A stretch of DNA of 64,000 nt, from contig JASCQW010000061.1 in the NCBI GenBank assembly GCA_030264375.1, positions 54,819,820 through 54,883,819 of the forward strand, written 5' to 3'. The notes beneath the pieces were generated by a model. That model saw nothing but the letters and a program-made list of their open reading frames with translations, did no database searches and was not told the origin of the DNA. Positions 24,370 through 35,221 of this stretch are shown here, one piece after another (position 1 is the stretch's first letter; every line of letters starts with the position of its first letter). The DNA comes from Carcharhinus longimanus. Lineage: Eukaryota. A program made the position numbers and the translations under genes.

Positions 24370-25605
24370 TGGCCCAGATCTCTGGATGGCTGGAGACTGG
24401 ATATACGCTAGAAGATGTGCCACAGGAGCCCTTCAAAATCTCAATGCAAGGACTTCCTGGGAATTGCCCAGGATATCCTTCCTGTGCCCCTCCAAAATAG
24501 TCTCCAACCTTACTTACCTGGGTACTTACCCAGGAAATGTTACAGAGGGGAAAATCTGGTTTAACACCCTGGTCTAACAATACAACTGATTCTCCAATCG
24601 CTCACACTACCCTTTTCCTCTTCCAATCCCACTCCCCCCACACTGACTACTCACCCTGACCTCCCCCCATCAACTATGCCATTNNNNNNNNNNNNNNNNN
24701 NNNNNNNNNNNNNNNNNNNNNNNNNNNNNNNNNNNNNNNNNNNNNNNNNNNNNNNNNNNNNNNNNNNNNNNNNNNNNNNNNNNNNNNNNNNNNNNNNNNN
24801 NNNNNNNNNNNNNNNNNNNNNNTCCCACTTCACTCATGCTATTCCCTTACCCAAACTATCCTCTTACCCAGTTGTCTTCTCTCTCTAATTGTTTTAAAGC
24901 AATTTTGGGACAGTTGTACACTTTATGTACCAGAATATGGCAGCTAGTGCTGTAACCAGGGAATTTGGCTTCTGCCTGAATTCTTTGTGCTGCTTTGTCC
25001 AAGACTGCAAGAAACTACAAAAGGTTGTGAATGAAGCCCGGTCCATCATGCAAACCAACCTCTCATCCATTGACTCTGTCTACACTTCCCGCTGCCTTGG
25101 AAAAGCAGCCAGTATAATTAAGGACCCCATGCATCCTGCACATAATCTCTTCCCTCATCTTCCATCGGGAAAAAATATCAAAGTCTGAGTAGAATTGTGC
25201 CAACATACCAACTGGCTCATGGAATAGCTTGTTCCCTGTTGCCATCAGACTTTTGAATGGACCTATCTTATGTTAAGTTGATCTTTCTCTGCACTCTAGA
25301 TATGACTGAAACACTACATTCTGCACTCTCTCCTCTTCTTCTCTATGAATGGTTATATAGTTTTGTCTCTATAGCACACAAGAAACAATACTTTTCAGTG
25401 TACACTAATACATATGACAATTAAAAATCAAATCAAATCAAAATGAAATCAAATCAATTCTCTATGAGATTTGCTGTACTATGCTGGGTATGAAGGATCT
25501 TCCATCGAAAGACTGCTCTGTAATATCGATGGAAGTTAAGTGTGTATTTTTTTGTGATCAGTGTCGGAAAAATGGTTCCTGGTTCTGATTGGAAAGCCTG
25601 GGCCA
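24370..25605 (-). mobile_element. Family T1 copy B, inserted in a DeuSINE head and carrying a Rex1 insertion
   Basis: Ends TGGCCCAGATC..GGAAAGCCTGGGCCA, flanked by TTA and TTG. The flanks 24325-24369 and 25606-25680 join into a SINE head (CAGTACTACACTGGAGCATCAGCCTAGATTTA|TGTGTTCACGTCTCTG..TTCTGATTCAGAG). Confidence 0.65.
24990..25457 (+). mobile_element. Rex1/Babar-type LINE 3' end
   Basis: Peptide QDCKKLQKVVNEARSIMQTNLSSIDSVYTSRCLGKAASIIKDPMHPAHNLF..LPSGK, with an (ATCAA)n tail. Confidence 0.85.
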
Positions 25606-27344
25606 TTGTGTTCACGTCTCTGAACAATGGCTATGAAATCACAATCTTCTGATTCAGAGACAAGAGCTACAAATGAAGGGCAACACCTTTCGGGTTTGCA
25701 AGATGTTGGGTACACAGAAGATGGAAGCTGCAGGAATGTAGCTGCAAAAGGCCCTACTGTTTCTAGGGTGGAACTTCGGCCCTTTCTGGAGGCCAACATG
25801 AATTCAACTCAGCTTCTCTTTTCTAGGTGAAAACCTAGGATATACAGGTCTCAGCTGATACTCTCTCTCCCAGTCATTTTATTCCATTAATTTGACTCAG
25901 AACCAGACAAAATTTGAGGCCTGGCTAATTTTTTCCTTTATTATTTGCTCTAATGTCTGATCTTGAAACTGGTAATCTACTCCTAGATGTGACTGATGAA
26001 AGGGCTTTCATGATGGGTCACCTTCTCTTCAGCTGTCAAGTAGCAACTGAACAAAAGCATGAGAATATATTCTACTTCAGATTTACTGGTCCTAGAATAG
26101 GACAAAAAAGAAGATGGGGCATTTGAAAAAGGAAAATGTGGAAATAAGGAAAGTTTCAAGCTGGCATTTCTGAATATCTACTGATTACTTTTAGTCATTT
26201 GGTCATTTTAGTAGAATAGAACTTAAGTGTTGTTGAAAATGCTGATTACTTTATTACTCCCTTTTGGTAATAACAATCAGTGACATTAACAGCAAGAAGT
26301 GAATGACTTTAGCTTAGGTTGTTATTTTTGACAGTTTACTGTCACTCTAGTACTTAGCACCGATAGGAAAATATAAGCCAGCATCCTTTGTTACTGCCAA
26401 CGTGACAATTTTGCATACAGATGCCAGCTCTTGGCACACAGGCGCTGTATGATGTCTCCGTCCTCTAGACAAACAGCCATTTGAATGACTTCTTCCTTCT
26501 GGTGAGAGGAAGCAGCCTGGTGCCTGTGAGAATAATTATTTTGTCATGTCAGTGCATTGCTTGCCTTAGCAGTTCCCTCCAAATGGTATAATTTGCACTG
26601 TGGCCGTCTATATAATTTCCTTGGGTTCAATTACCCGAGTTTTAACTTAAACTTCCTCATGGTGTGGAGCAGAATTTAAAAAGCTTACATAAGTGCATGA
26701 AATAAAAAATGCTAAAAATGAATCTGAATGCCGACTGCATTTGCTCCGACTGTTTAAAAGGGAAGGTGCTGTTATATACCCTGAACACTTTATTGCAGGG
26801 TTTTCTGTTTCTCAAATCACATCATCGGCAACAGCTCAGTCACTTGAGAGTTCATGTTAAATAAACTCCTAATACATGAAAACACTGGAAGATTTGTTCC
26901 TGGAAGAAGGAAAGGCAACTACTTTATTCCTGTTAAAAGATCTTTGTATCTGTATTATCGTGTTTCAGCAATGGCAGGAAAATAATATGGTACTGCCACC
27001 TCGCTCACATCTTGTTATTCTGGAATAATGCCCTATTTTTCTCAAGGAGTTTGAACCATTCTCATTGCAATTGGCTTTCCAGTTTATTTGGCCAGTAAAA
27101 TATTAAGGTTAAACTCCCTCAAGAAAGCTATGCAGAAATTAATTCATATTACAGAACTTACTAATTTGAGATACTGCAGGGATATATTGGAACATTTTTC
27201 TTTTCTCCTTTTCTGAAGCCACTGACCATTGCTGGTGTATGGCTCTATGGATGCTGCTATCTTCTGGTAATTTGTCCAGGAGGCCATTATTCCTGTGCAA
27301 ACTGACATAAACTGTTCAACTGTGAAGATCAAGCCTGATCCTAT

Positions 27345-27470
27345 CCTTAGGAACACTGGAATAAGAATAGGCCATTTAGTTCCTTGAACCTGTTCCACCA
27401 TGTAGTGAGATTGTGGCTAATCTGTGATCTAACTCCATAAATCTGCCTTTTCCCTGTATCCCTAAACCCA
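27345..27470 (-). mobile_element. Old CR1 3' tail remnant
   Basis: TAGGCCATTTAG..CCTTGAACCTGTTCCACCAT..GAGATTGTGGCTAATCTG. Confidence 0.6.
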
Positions 27471-27667
27471 ATGCCACCTTTACTGAACATTCATCCATGC
27501 ACTTTCCAGGAGGATTTACCAGATAATGAGAAAGAAATGGAGATCCTGGATAGTAATTCTTCCCTCTGGCTAGCTCAGGGCAGATGGGGTTAACTGATGC
27601 CCTTGTTGATGCTTTGATGAAGATCTACCAAGAGCAAAGATTTGGGATTGATCCTAGAATCTTATAC

Positions 27668-27695
27668 GTGTGTGTGTGTGTGTGTGTGTGTGTGT
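27668..27695. repeat. (GT)14 microsatellite
   Basis: Perfect GT run. Confidence 0.95.
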
Positions 27696-28382
27696 TTAAA
27701 TATTCCTATTTCTTTCTAATTTAAATGTGACTAATTAAGTAAGAATGGAGAGAACCAAAGAATAAAGCCCAGATGAACTGGTGACAACTTGTTACTGTAA
27801 TTGTCATTCAACAGTTTTGATTTAGTTAATGCCTGAACTGTAAGATGTTCGCTATCTGAACTATTCAATACAGACACAAGCCATTCAAGGGGCCGAAGTT
27901 TCCAATCCCATTAGCAGCAAGAAACTTTCCAACTATCCTGCCTGCCACCATGCTTAGTCTGAAAAATGAAGAATCAGGCCCAGTAAAATGTGATTCATTT
28001 ATCAGAAATTAAATTTGTTTCATGTCATTAGAGATCACCTATTGCTTTTAAACGTGTTATATCTGTAAGGGTTGGGTAAGGGCCTTTCAATCCAAAGAAT
28101 TTCCTTAATCATAGCCTAACAGAGCAACAGTGGCCTGGTATACCAAGTAAGACTAGGCTTCTTAGAAATGAGGCTCACCTGGGTTTGCGGTGTGGTGGGA
28201 TGGGATGGGATGGGGGGGCAGAGTCTCTTGGTTGTGGCCTTATCCCCTGATGATTAATGACATTTTCATAGATTTGTAGGCCCTTTGCGATGGGGAGTCA
28301 GTGAACAGGCTCTGGTAATATGTAGGCTCAGTCATTCTCTTGCTTTGGACACTCTTTGCTAGGATTTCTGGCCTTGGCACAG

Positions 28383-28680
28383 GGGCAGCACAGTGGCACA
28401 GTTATTAGCAGTGCTGCCTCACTGCGCCAGGGACCCGGGTGTGATTCCCGGCTTGGGTCACTGTGTGGAGTTTGCATGTTCTCCCCGTGCCTGTGTGGGT
28501 TTTCTCTGGGTGCTCCAGTTTCCTCCCCCAGTCTGAAAGTTGTGCTGGTTAGGTGCATTGGCCATGCTAAGTTCTCCCTCAGTGTATCAGGACAGGCACC
28601 AGAATGTGGCGACTTGGGGATTTTCACAGTAGCTTTGTTGCAGTGATAACGTAAGCCTACTTACGATAATAACAAATAAA
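28383..28680 (+). mobile_element. V-SINE with an alternative 3' tail
   Basis: HE1-like head and V core up to GGCCATGCTAA, then the unrelated tail TTCTCCCTCAGTG..GTGGCGACTTGGGGATTTTCACAGTAG..GTAAGCCTACTT..AATAAA. Confidence 0.8.
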
Positions 28681-29769
28681 TATTCAGACTATGGGTACTC
28701 GCCTACAATATTAAAATTAAGTGATTTTTCTGGTGACTCACATACTTGGGTGTAGGCAACACCAGTAGTCACAGGTAGGCTCACTCTGCCACTGACATTG
28801 AAAAATCAGTTCGATCTGTTTTCAAATCACACAGTTCAATCATTATCTCGTCTTTCGTCTTTCCTTTATTCTGTTTCCTAAAGGGTTTTTGACTTGGTAG
28901 AAAATATCAGTAACTCTAATAATATTATTGTACTGTTAGTGTAGGGACTGGAAAAATATTCACACTGGTGATTGGGGCAGAGGGTCATTTACTGAGATTA
29001 AGTATATTAATAAGGCAAAGTAGGCAGGCTGTGACGACGCATGTTGTCATGTTTGACCTGTTCTCTGGAATCTTTGTTGATGACACTGAACCGTAAGATG
29101 TAAAAATGTTCCCTTGTTACTGTAAATCCTATTCCCCTGTGGTAGTGAGCACAAACATCAACTTCCCTCTGAAACAGCAACAACACCAAACAAAAACTGA
29201 CAGGCAATTTTTGCGTTTCTTGACGGATTGGCTGATATTTTTACAACATTCCTGTGAATATATTCCAAACTCAAGCTTCATGAATTATTTTATTTCACCT
29301 TATTTATTTTTAACTAATTAGAATAATAATATGGAGTCACTTAATCAGAGCAATGACTCACTTGTCTACCTCGAAATGTCATAAATGAATCTACAGAGTG
29401 GATACTGTTAATGAGGTGTTTTTAAAAAGAAACTTGAGCTCTGCACTACATTTTATACTTGAGTCATTACAACTCAAAATATGAATGCTGCATTCTGTGG
29501 ATGTTTAAGTGCAACTTCAACCTTTCAGAGATTGCAAACTCTGTTTACAGACTATGAAGTGTGCTTAACTAAGCTGAATTATGTGTAAGCATGCTTGAAT
29601 GTGCTATACAGTGACCTAATACCTGTTTGAGAATCCTGACTTCAAATTGGCAAAAGTAGGCCGATCATCTGGTGCAAATGCTCCACTCAGTTTTTCTGTG
29701 TCAACTGTGATCTGATAAAAGTACTTAAAGGGCCTGGTAACCCTGCTGAAAGACAGGCATGGTTTTTGC

Positions 29770-30275
29770 AGTTATTTTCGTATGGAGCTAGGAGTTGCAG
29801 GCATACTTCTCTGACTCCACATCAATAGTACAGGCTGCTGCTGGCTCACACTTAACCTATTTTCATTTGCTTTTCCCCAAAACTTAGCTGTGTGTTTGCT
29901 TGGCTTGAGTGGCTCAATTTTCATGTTCTTCATCTGAGATGTTGATGTTGGAATTGGAGTCAATGCTTATGAAGAGCATTTTCAGTTCTTTGGAGATGAC
30001 CTGTTTCATGCACTTAGCAGAGGACATGGATCCTTTTGTGTTAGTCACGAGAAATGTCTGGATCTCAGAAGGACTTACTTGCTTTTGAGCAAGACCATTA
30101 GGTTTCACAAACATTTTATCTCCTGGCTTTAGTAGTTTTGATGTAAATCTCATGTTTTGCGCTGCATTCATTCGATTTTTCTGTACTCGATTGCATTTGC
30201 AGGCATGTTGCTTACAAGTTCCATGAGATCGCTCAGATATCTAGCGAGGATCACAAAGATTTAACATTGTGGTTG
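29770..30275 (-). mobile_element. Outer Gypsy element, decayed integrase C-terminal region
   Basis: Minus-strand LKPGDKMFVK..FLVTNTKGSMSSAK resembles the Gypsy integrase tail (PGDKVLVK..KGSMVTA). It continues the reading frame of 32315-32733 once the inner element is removed. Confidence 0.55.
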
Positions 30276-30495
30276 TGTAAAGATACACTTCCACAGACTC
30301 CATTAGGGAACACAAAAGGTAGTTATTTATTAATAAGAATTGTACAGCAGCCCCATTGCAGTAGCCAGCTTCCAAAATGTCTCGATCTGGGAGTCTGCAC
30401 CACCATGGGGTGATTCCACATTCTGAGTCCGATTGGTTGTACAGGCCACATGACTCTTACGTTGCTGTGTTGACATTATAGGGACAATCACCACA
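30276..30495 (-). repeat. 3' LTR of the inner Gypsy
   Basis: TGTAAAGATAC..GGGACAATCACCACA (TG..CA ends). Direct repeat of 32104-32314. Confidence 0.85.
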
Positions 30496-32088
30496 TCTCT
30501 CCTCTTTAAATCCTTTATACAATCTTAATAATTAATTCACTCAGTTTTAAATACTAACTAAACATTACATACATGAGTTGGACAATTATAAATGGAGTCT
30601 TCGAGGAGGTTTTCTGTTTCTTGTAGAATTTTGTAATCCTGTTGTCTGAGATGCTTCCACAGGATCAACGTTAACAGGAATTGCAATAATGGTACCTCTT
30701 CTGGCACAGGAGATTCATCACTGTTTGTTTCAGCAGAGACATCAGTAATGTTGATAATAGATCGATCAGGTACTTTGGTCTTATGGGTTCTAAAGCATTT
30801 CTTGATGGCAATACTGACTGCTAGAGCATCTCTCTACACCTCCAGTGATCCATGTTTTTGCAAATGATCTGTCCCTCCATGTCCACTTGATATGAAAGTA
30901 GTTCAATCTTGGAGAAAATAATTCCAGGGATCCAACTTGATGCACTACTGAAGTTTCTCACATATATGGCCTCACTTACCATAAATGATCTTACTGTACT
31001 ATGTGACTCATGGCTTGCTTTCTGAATACTTTGGCTGGCTTCTACTCCCTGGCAAATTTGGAAACATGAGGCTTAGTCTCATTTGGAGATGACATTACAT
31101 TAATAGAGTCGACTTTGCCCTTTTTAGATTAAACAGAGAATGAATATAGAATCACTGGTGTTAGGCTCTTCCACATTGTATACTTGTAGCACCTTACTTG
31201 ATCAATTACTTGGCAATTTTGACTTAGTTCTGCACTGCTTTGGCAAATGTCCTCTTTTGTGACAATAAAAATATTCAACCTCTTTAAATTGACATGACTC
31301 AGGAGTGTGAATACGTCCGCAATAGTAACATTCCACTTTAAGGAATAATGACAGATTGTCTATTCTGTACCTTTTCATTTTGTTGGTGGCTGAACTTATT
31401 TCCTGCTTCATGGCTGCTTCAGTGGTTTTGGTGCCATGGCTGGTTGCAGGTTCCTGTCCTAACTGGCAACCGGCACCATTTTGGGCGCTTTGAAGCTTTT
31501 GTGCACTTTTTCAGCTCTTTCCATGGCCAATGTTATCTCCATTGCTTGATTAAATTTATGTTGACCTCTGTCAACAAAATGTGTTAAATAGTGTCATTAT
31601 TCACACCACAGACTAACCTACCACATAACATGTCATTTAGGGTGGTTCCAAAATCACAAGACTGAGATAAATGCTTCAGTTTAGCAGTGTAAGTCATGAT
31701 CGATTTGCCTTGGGCTATTACCGTCAAATTAAATTTAAATCTGTGGAGTAGGACTGACAGTGAAGATTGAAATTGAGTCTGTGCTAAATCCATGAGCTCA
31801 CTAAATGATTTGGAGTCAGATGTGCTTCTTATAAGATTGCAAATATGGTGATAGATCTGAGTTCCACAAAGACTTAGGAGAATTGCTTTGTGTTTTGCCT
31901 CCTCTCTTAGTTAATTTGCTTAAAAATAATATCCAAGGCGCTCAGTGTATTGTGTCTGGTCCTTCATGGAGAAGTTAAGTGGGTCTATTTGCCCAAAGAC
32001 AGGCAGTCTAGTAAATACTTTTCTTTCAGGCTTTGATTAAAACAGGATACTCACAGGTGTCAGGCCGGAGGCAGTGTCAGGGTAATTT

Positions 32089-32101
32089 ATCCTCATTGCC
32101 A
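32089..32101 (-). other. Primer-binding site, tRNA-Ser(GCU)-like
   Basis: Minus strand reads TGGCAATGAGGAT, against TGGCGACGAGGAT, the complement of the vertebrate tRNA-Ser(GCU) 3' end. The two differences are CpG-type transitions. Lies 2 nt from the LTR. Confidence 0.65.
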
Positions 32102-32103
32102 GA

Positions 32104-32314
32104 TGTAAAAATGTACTTTCACAGATTTCATAGTAAACACAAAAGATTTCCTTAACAATAACTATACAGCAGCCTCATGGCTATAGCTAGCTCCCAAAAT
32201 GCCTCTTTTCCTTGGAGCCTCTCTCACCAGACTTCACACTCTGAGTACCAACTGGTTGCGTAGCCCATGTGACCCTTACTCTGCTGTGTTGCTCTTAAAG
32301 GGACAATCACCACA
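32104..32314 (-). repeat. 5' LTR of the inner Gypsy
   Basis: TGTAAAAATGTAC..GGGACAATCACCACA, adjacent to the PBS. Confidence 0.85.
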
Positions 32315-32733
32315 GATTGCTTGGCATGGCAAACACTTATTGATTTGTGCTCCACTATGTGATGAATCCCTGGGAACAAAGTCTTTTCAGAAAGATTTGT
32401 TTAGTTTTGACAATTCGAAATGGTCTTCATGTGCTACATTGACAGCACATTCCTCTAGTGCATGATGATAATACAGTTGCATATAACACAAAATCAGATT
32501 TAGTTTTAATGGTGAGTTCACTTTGAAGAGTATGAAGACATTGTTATGCGCGAGTGGTTTTGTTTATGGACACTATCTTGATCATGTCTTTCCATTTTCA
32601 TGATTCCATAGCTGTCATTCATTGTTGCAAAGTTGCATCTTGTTTTGTTGCTGCTCTGATGTCAGCTAATGTTTAGCAACTTTGGATCGGCATTTAGGTT
32701 TATGTAATTAAGATGTTTGGCAACCTTATTTCG
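32315..32733 (-). mobile_element. Outer Gypsy element, integrase zinc-binding (HHCC) remnant
   Basis: Across frameshifts the minus strand reads LADIRAATKQDATLQQ..AVNVAHEDH-RIVKTKQ..KCLPCQA (compare AHEGHQGIVKTKQ..C..CQA). Confidence 0.75.
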
Positions 32734-32890
32734 ATGATGTGGAGATGCTGGTGTTGGACGGGGTAAACACAGTAAGAAGTCTCACAACACCAGGTTAAAA
32801 TCCAACAGGTTTCTTTGATAGTAAACACCACTAGCTTTGGAACATGCTCTTCCTTCAACAGGTGAGTGGAGAGTTCTATTCAGAAACATC
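32734..32890 (-). mobile_element. Penelope-like family A terminal fragment with a decayed hammerhead
   Basis: ATGATGTGGAGATGC..CAGTAAGAAGTCTCACAACACCAGG. Minus strand CTGTTGA-AGGAAGAGCATGTTCC-AAAGCTA-GTG (core mutated). Confidence 0.7.
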
Positions 32891-34691
32891 CATAGGCAGC
32901 AACTGATGTCTTGAAAAATTGCCTATTTTATTGAGCCTTACTTAACATAGAACTCGTATTCTTATAATCTGACTATTAAACACTCTAATCAAGTGTATGG
33001 TTTCTTACATGCATTATTGAACAAGCTTACTACTGATCTATGATCAGTTATTACTTCAAACTCATTTTCATACAAATAATGATGAAAGTGTTGTGATTGT
33101 ATGTGATTGAGAACAATTTTTTTATTGCGAATAACATTTCTCTACATGCGTTAACAATCTACTTGCCATTGGAACAATTGGTGGATTACCTGCCTTGTCA
33201 TTTTTCCTAAGAACTTTACAATTGTGCTACACATGGGGTTCCAACCCATATGTGCAATATTGGTTGATTGTCTTGTTTGTTTCTTGCTTAGTGTGTTGGA
33301 AGCCATGATTGTGTGATTTGCTCCAATAAGTTTATAATTATGTTACAAAGTGAACTATTTTCACTTGGTGATCAAATCCTTTATCTCATTGTGTATGACT
33401 GCATGTATTGCTAAATTAAATCAAAGGTTTATAGATTGTTACTGGTGAAGCTGAATGTTCAAGTCGTGTTTTTTTTTATACAATGCCTCTCATTTATTAA
33501 GAAGGGAAAGGATGTAGTGTATTGAAAATTGCATTCTGCATTTTGTCCAATTGAGGTTACCAGACAGATGTACCAGCAGTGGGAGTCTAGGAGGAGAATA
33601 AAGGAATCCATGTTTTAACAGCAGGCACAATTCTGATTCTGGATGCTTTTACTGAATCTTATTGTTTGTTCCCAAGAATTTCAGTGGGAAGGAGATCACA
33701 CATGATGGGAAATTGACTGTCAATTCACTGTGAGCCCATTTTGTGTGGCAGACATCGACCCCCATGGCATATTTATGAACTACTGACAATGTGACTTTTC
33801 TGTCTGTACGCCAATGATAAGGTCATATATAATGTAACCCAATTAACATAAATAGCATTTTTTGAAAATAAAGTGGTGCTTTTAGTTTATGGATATTCCC
33901 AATCTGAACAGGACAACAGGTTATTTATTCTCTACAATAAAACATGCTCGTCTTTCTCAAAGAACATGAGATGCCGAAACAGCTTGTTCAGTGTTTATAT
34001 TTCTATACATGAAAGGATCTCTTTCATTGTTTTTGCTTGTGACCACATTAGCTTCCAAGAATTTTGTTCTTGTGACTTGTCAAGGCACAGGGTCATGTAG
34101 CTTGCTATGAGGCCTCAGCCCAAGGTCCAGGATTCCCTCCTTTTCCTTCCCAGTATTGTCCTGCATCCTGCAGGGCCGTTCTCCTTCTCTACCGCTGCTG
34201 TCGTGACAAGAATGACTGGTGCACAGCACATGTGGACACAACGGTGACAAATACTGGTTTACTGCCAAAATGTAATTATTACAGCATGACTACAGAAACT
34301 TAAAGACATGTTCGCAGAAGGTGTATACTGGTCTAAACATATCACATCCTGTGAAGAAATCCTTCTCTGTTTCACCCATTAAACCAATCTACATATTAAT
34401 CATGCCCAAACTGGTGTAATAAATCTCCATTAAAATTGTGCTTGAAGTCAAATTGATTGTAATGAGGTTGTGTGATATTAGTTACACATGCTGAGATTCC
34501 TTTTGCTATTTTAACAGCTCATTTAAAATAAGGAGCTTAATGTTTCTGTGAGATGAGAAGATGGAAAAATATCACACTAGAAACAAGAAATTAGATTTGT
34601 GTAATACTTTTAATGGTGAATAACATATCAAGAGGTATGAGAGAAAAAGGAATGCTGAACCAAAGAAGGACAAATTAGGAATACTGGCCAA

Positions 34692-34895
34692 GGGCAGGAT
34701 TTTCCCAGCTATTCCCGCTAGCAGAACCTTCCAGTCCCACTGACAGTGACCCCAGCATGGGTTTCCTTGCAGTACAGCATGCGAAAAACAGGGAACTTCG
34801 TTGACAGTGGCGGGACCAGAAAATCCCACGGCCAGTCAATGGCAGGCCACATCTGCCATCTTGAAATACCTTGCGGGAGATGCGAAAAATCCTCC
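34692..34895. mobile_element. ~200-bp MITE
   Basis: Ends GGGCAGGATTTTC..GAAAAATCCTCC, with internal GCGGGACCAGAAAATCC shared with family M2. Confidence 0.55.
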
Positions 34896-35221
34896 AAATG
34901 TTTGGACTAAACATCTTAAAGATCCAGTGGAGAGTGTGTGTGCTTTAGGAAGGATATTCCAAGCTGTCAGATGAAGGAGAGTAAATGCAAGTAGCTGAAG
35001 TCAAAAGAGGTTCAAGAGTAGAAGGCGAGGCCATGGAGAAATTTAAATGCAAGGTTCAGAATTTTTGAGCTAATGGGAGAACTGGAAGCTAGTGTTTGTC
35101 AATGTGATCAGGGCTGATGGACAAAAAGAAAATGGTTTGAAATAAGATGCAGACAGTAATGTTTTAGGTGAGCTGGAGATTAGTTAAACTTGTGGACAAA
35201 GCAATTCTTCTCTCATCCTTA

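Larger units (their letters stand above)
30276..32314 (-). mobile_element. Internally deleted Mag-like Gypsy LTR retrotransposon (gag plus integrase tail, no RT/RNase H)
   Basis: Two LTRs, a PBS, a PPT (AAAGAGGAGAGA on the minus strand, next to the left LTR) and TSD GGTTG/GATTG. Gag remnants AKLKHLSQSCDFGTTLNDMLCGRLVCGVNND and the double zinc knuckle CYYCGRIHTPESC..YFYCHKRGHLPKQC. Integrase tail RLSLMFPNL..YVRNFSS..WIPG. Confidence 0.85.

Noticed and set aside
32826-32868. Active hammerhead in the 32.8-kb PLE copy (also 49742 and 52334)
   Set aside because: Core positions are mutated (CUGUUGA, or loss of the G of GAAA); recorded only as relics.
34154-34250. Strong acceptor followed by a frame reading ..PFSFSTAAVVT.., reminiscent of the transthyretin C-terminus (SPYSYSTTAVV)
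   Set aside because: The upstream residues do not match the TTR last exon (VVFTANDSG..YTIAALL) and no other TTR exons are visible. Treated as coincidence.
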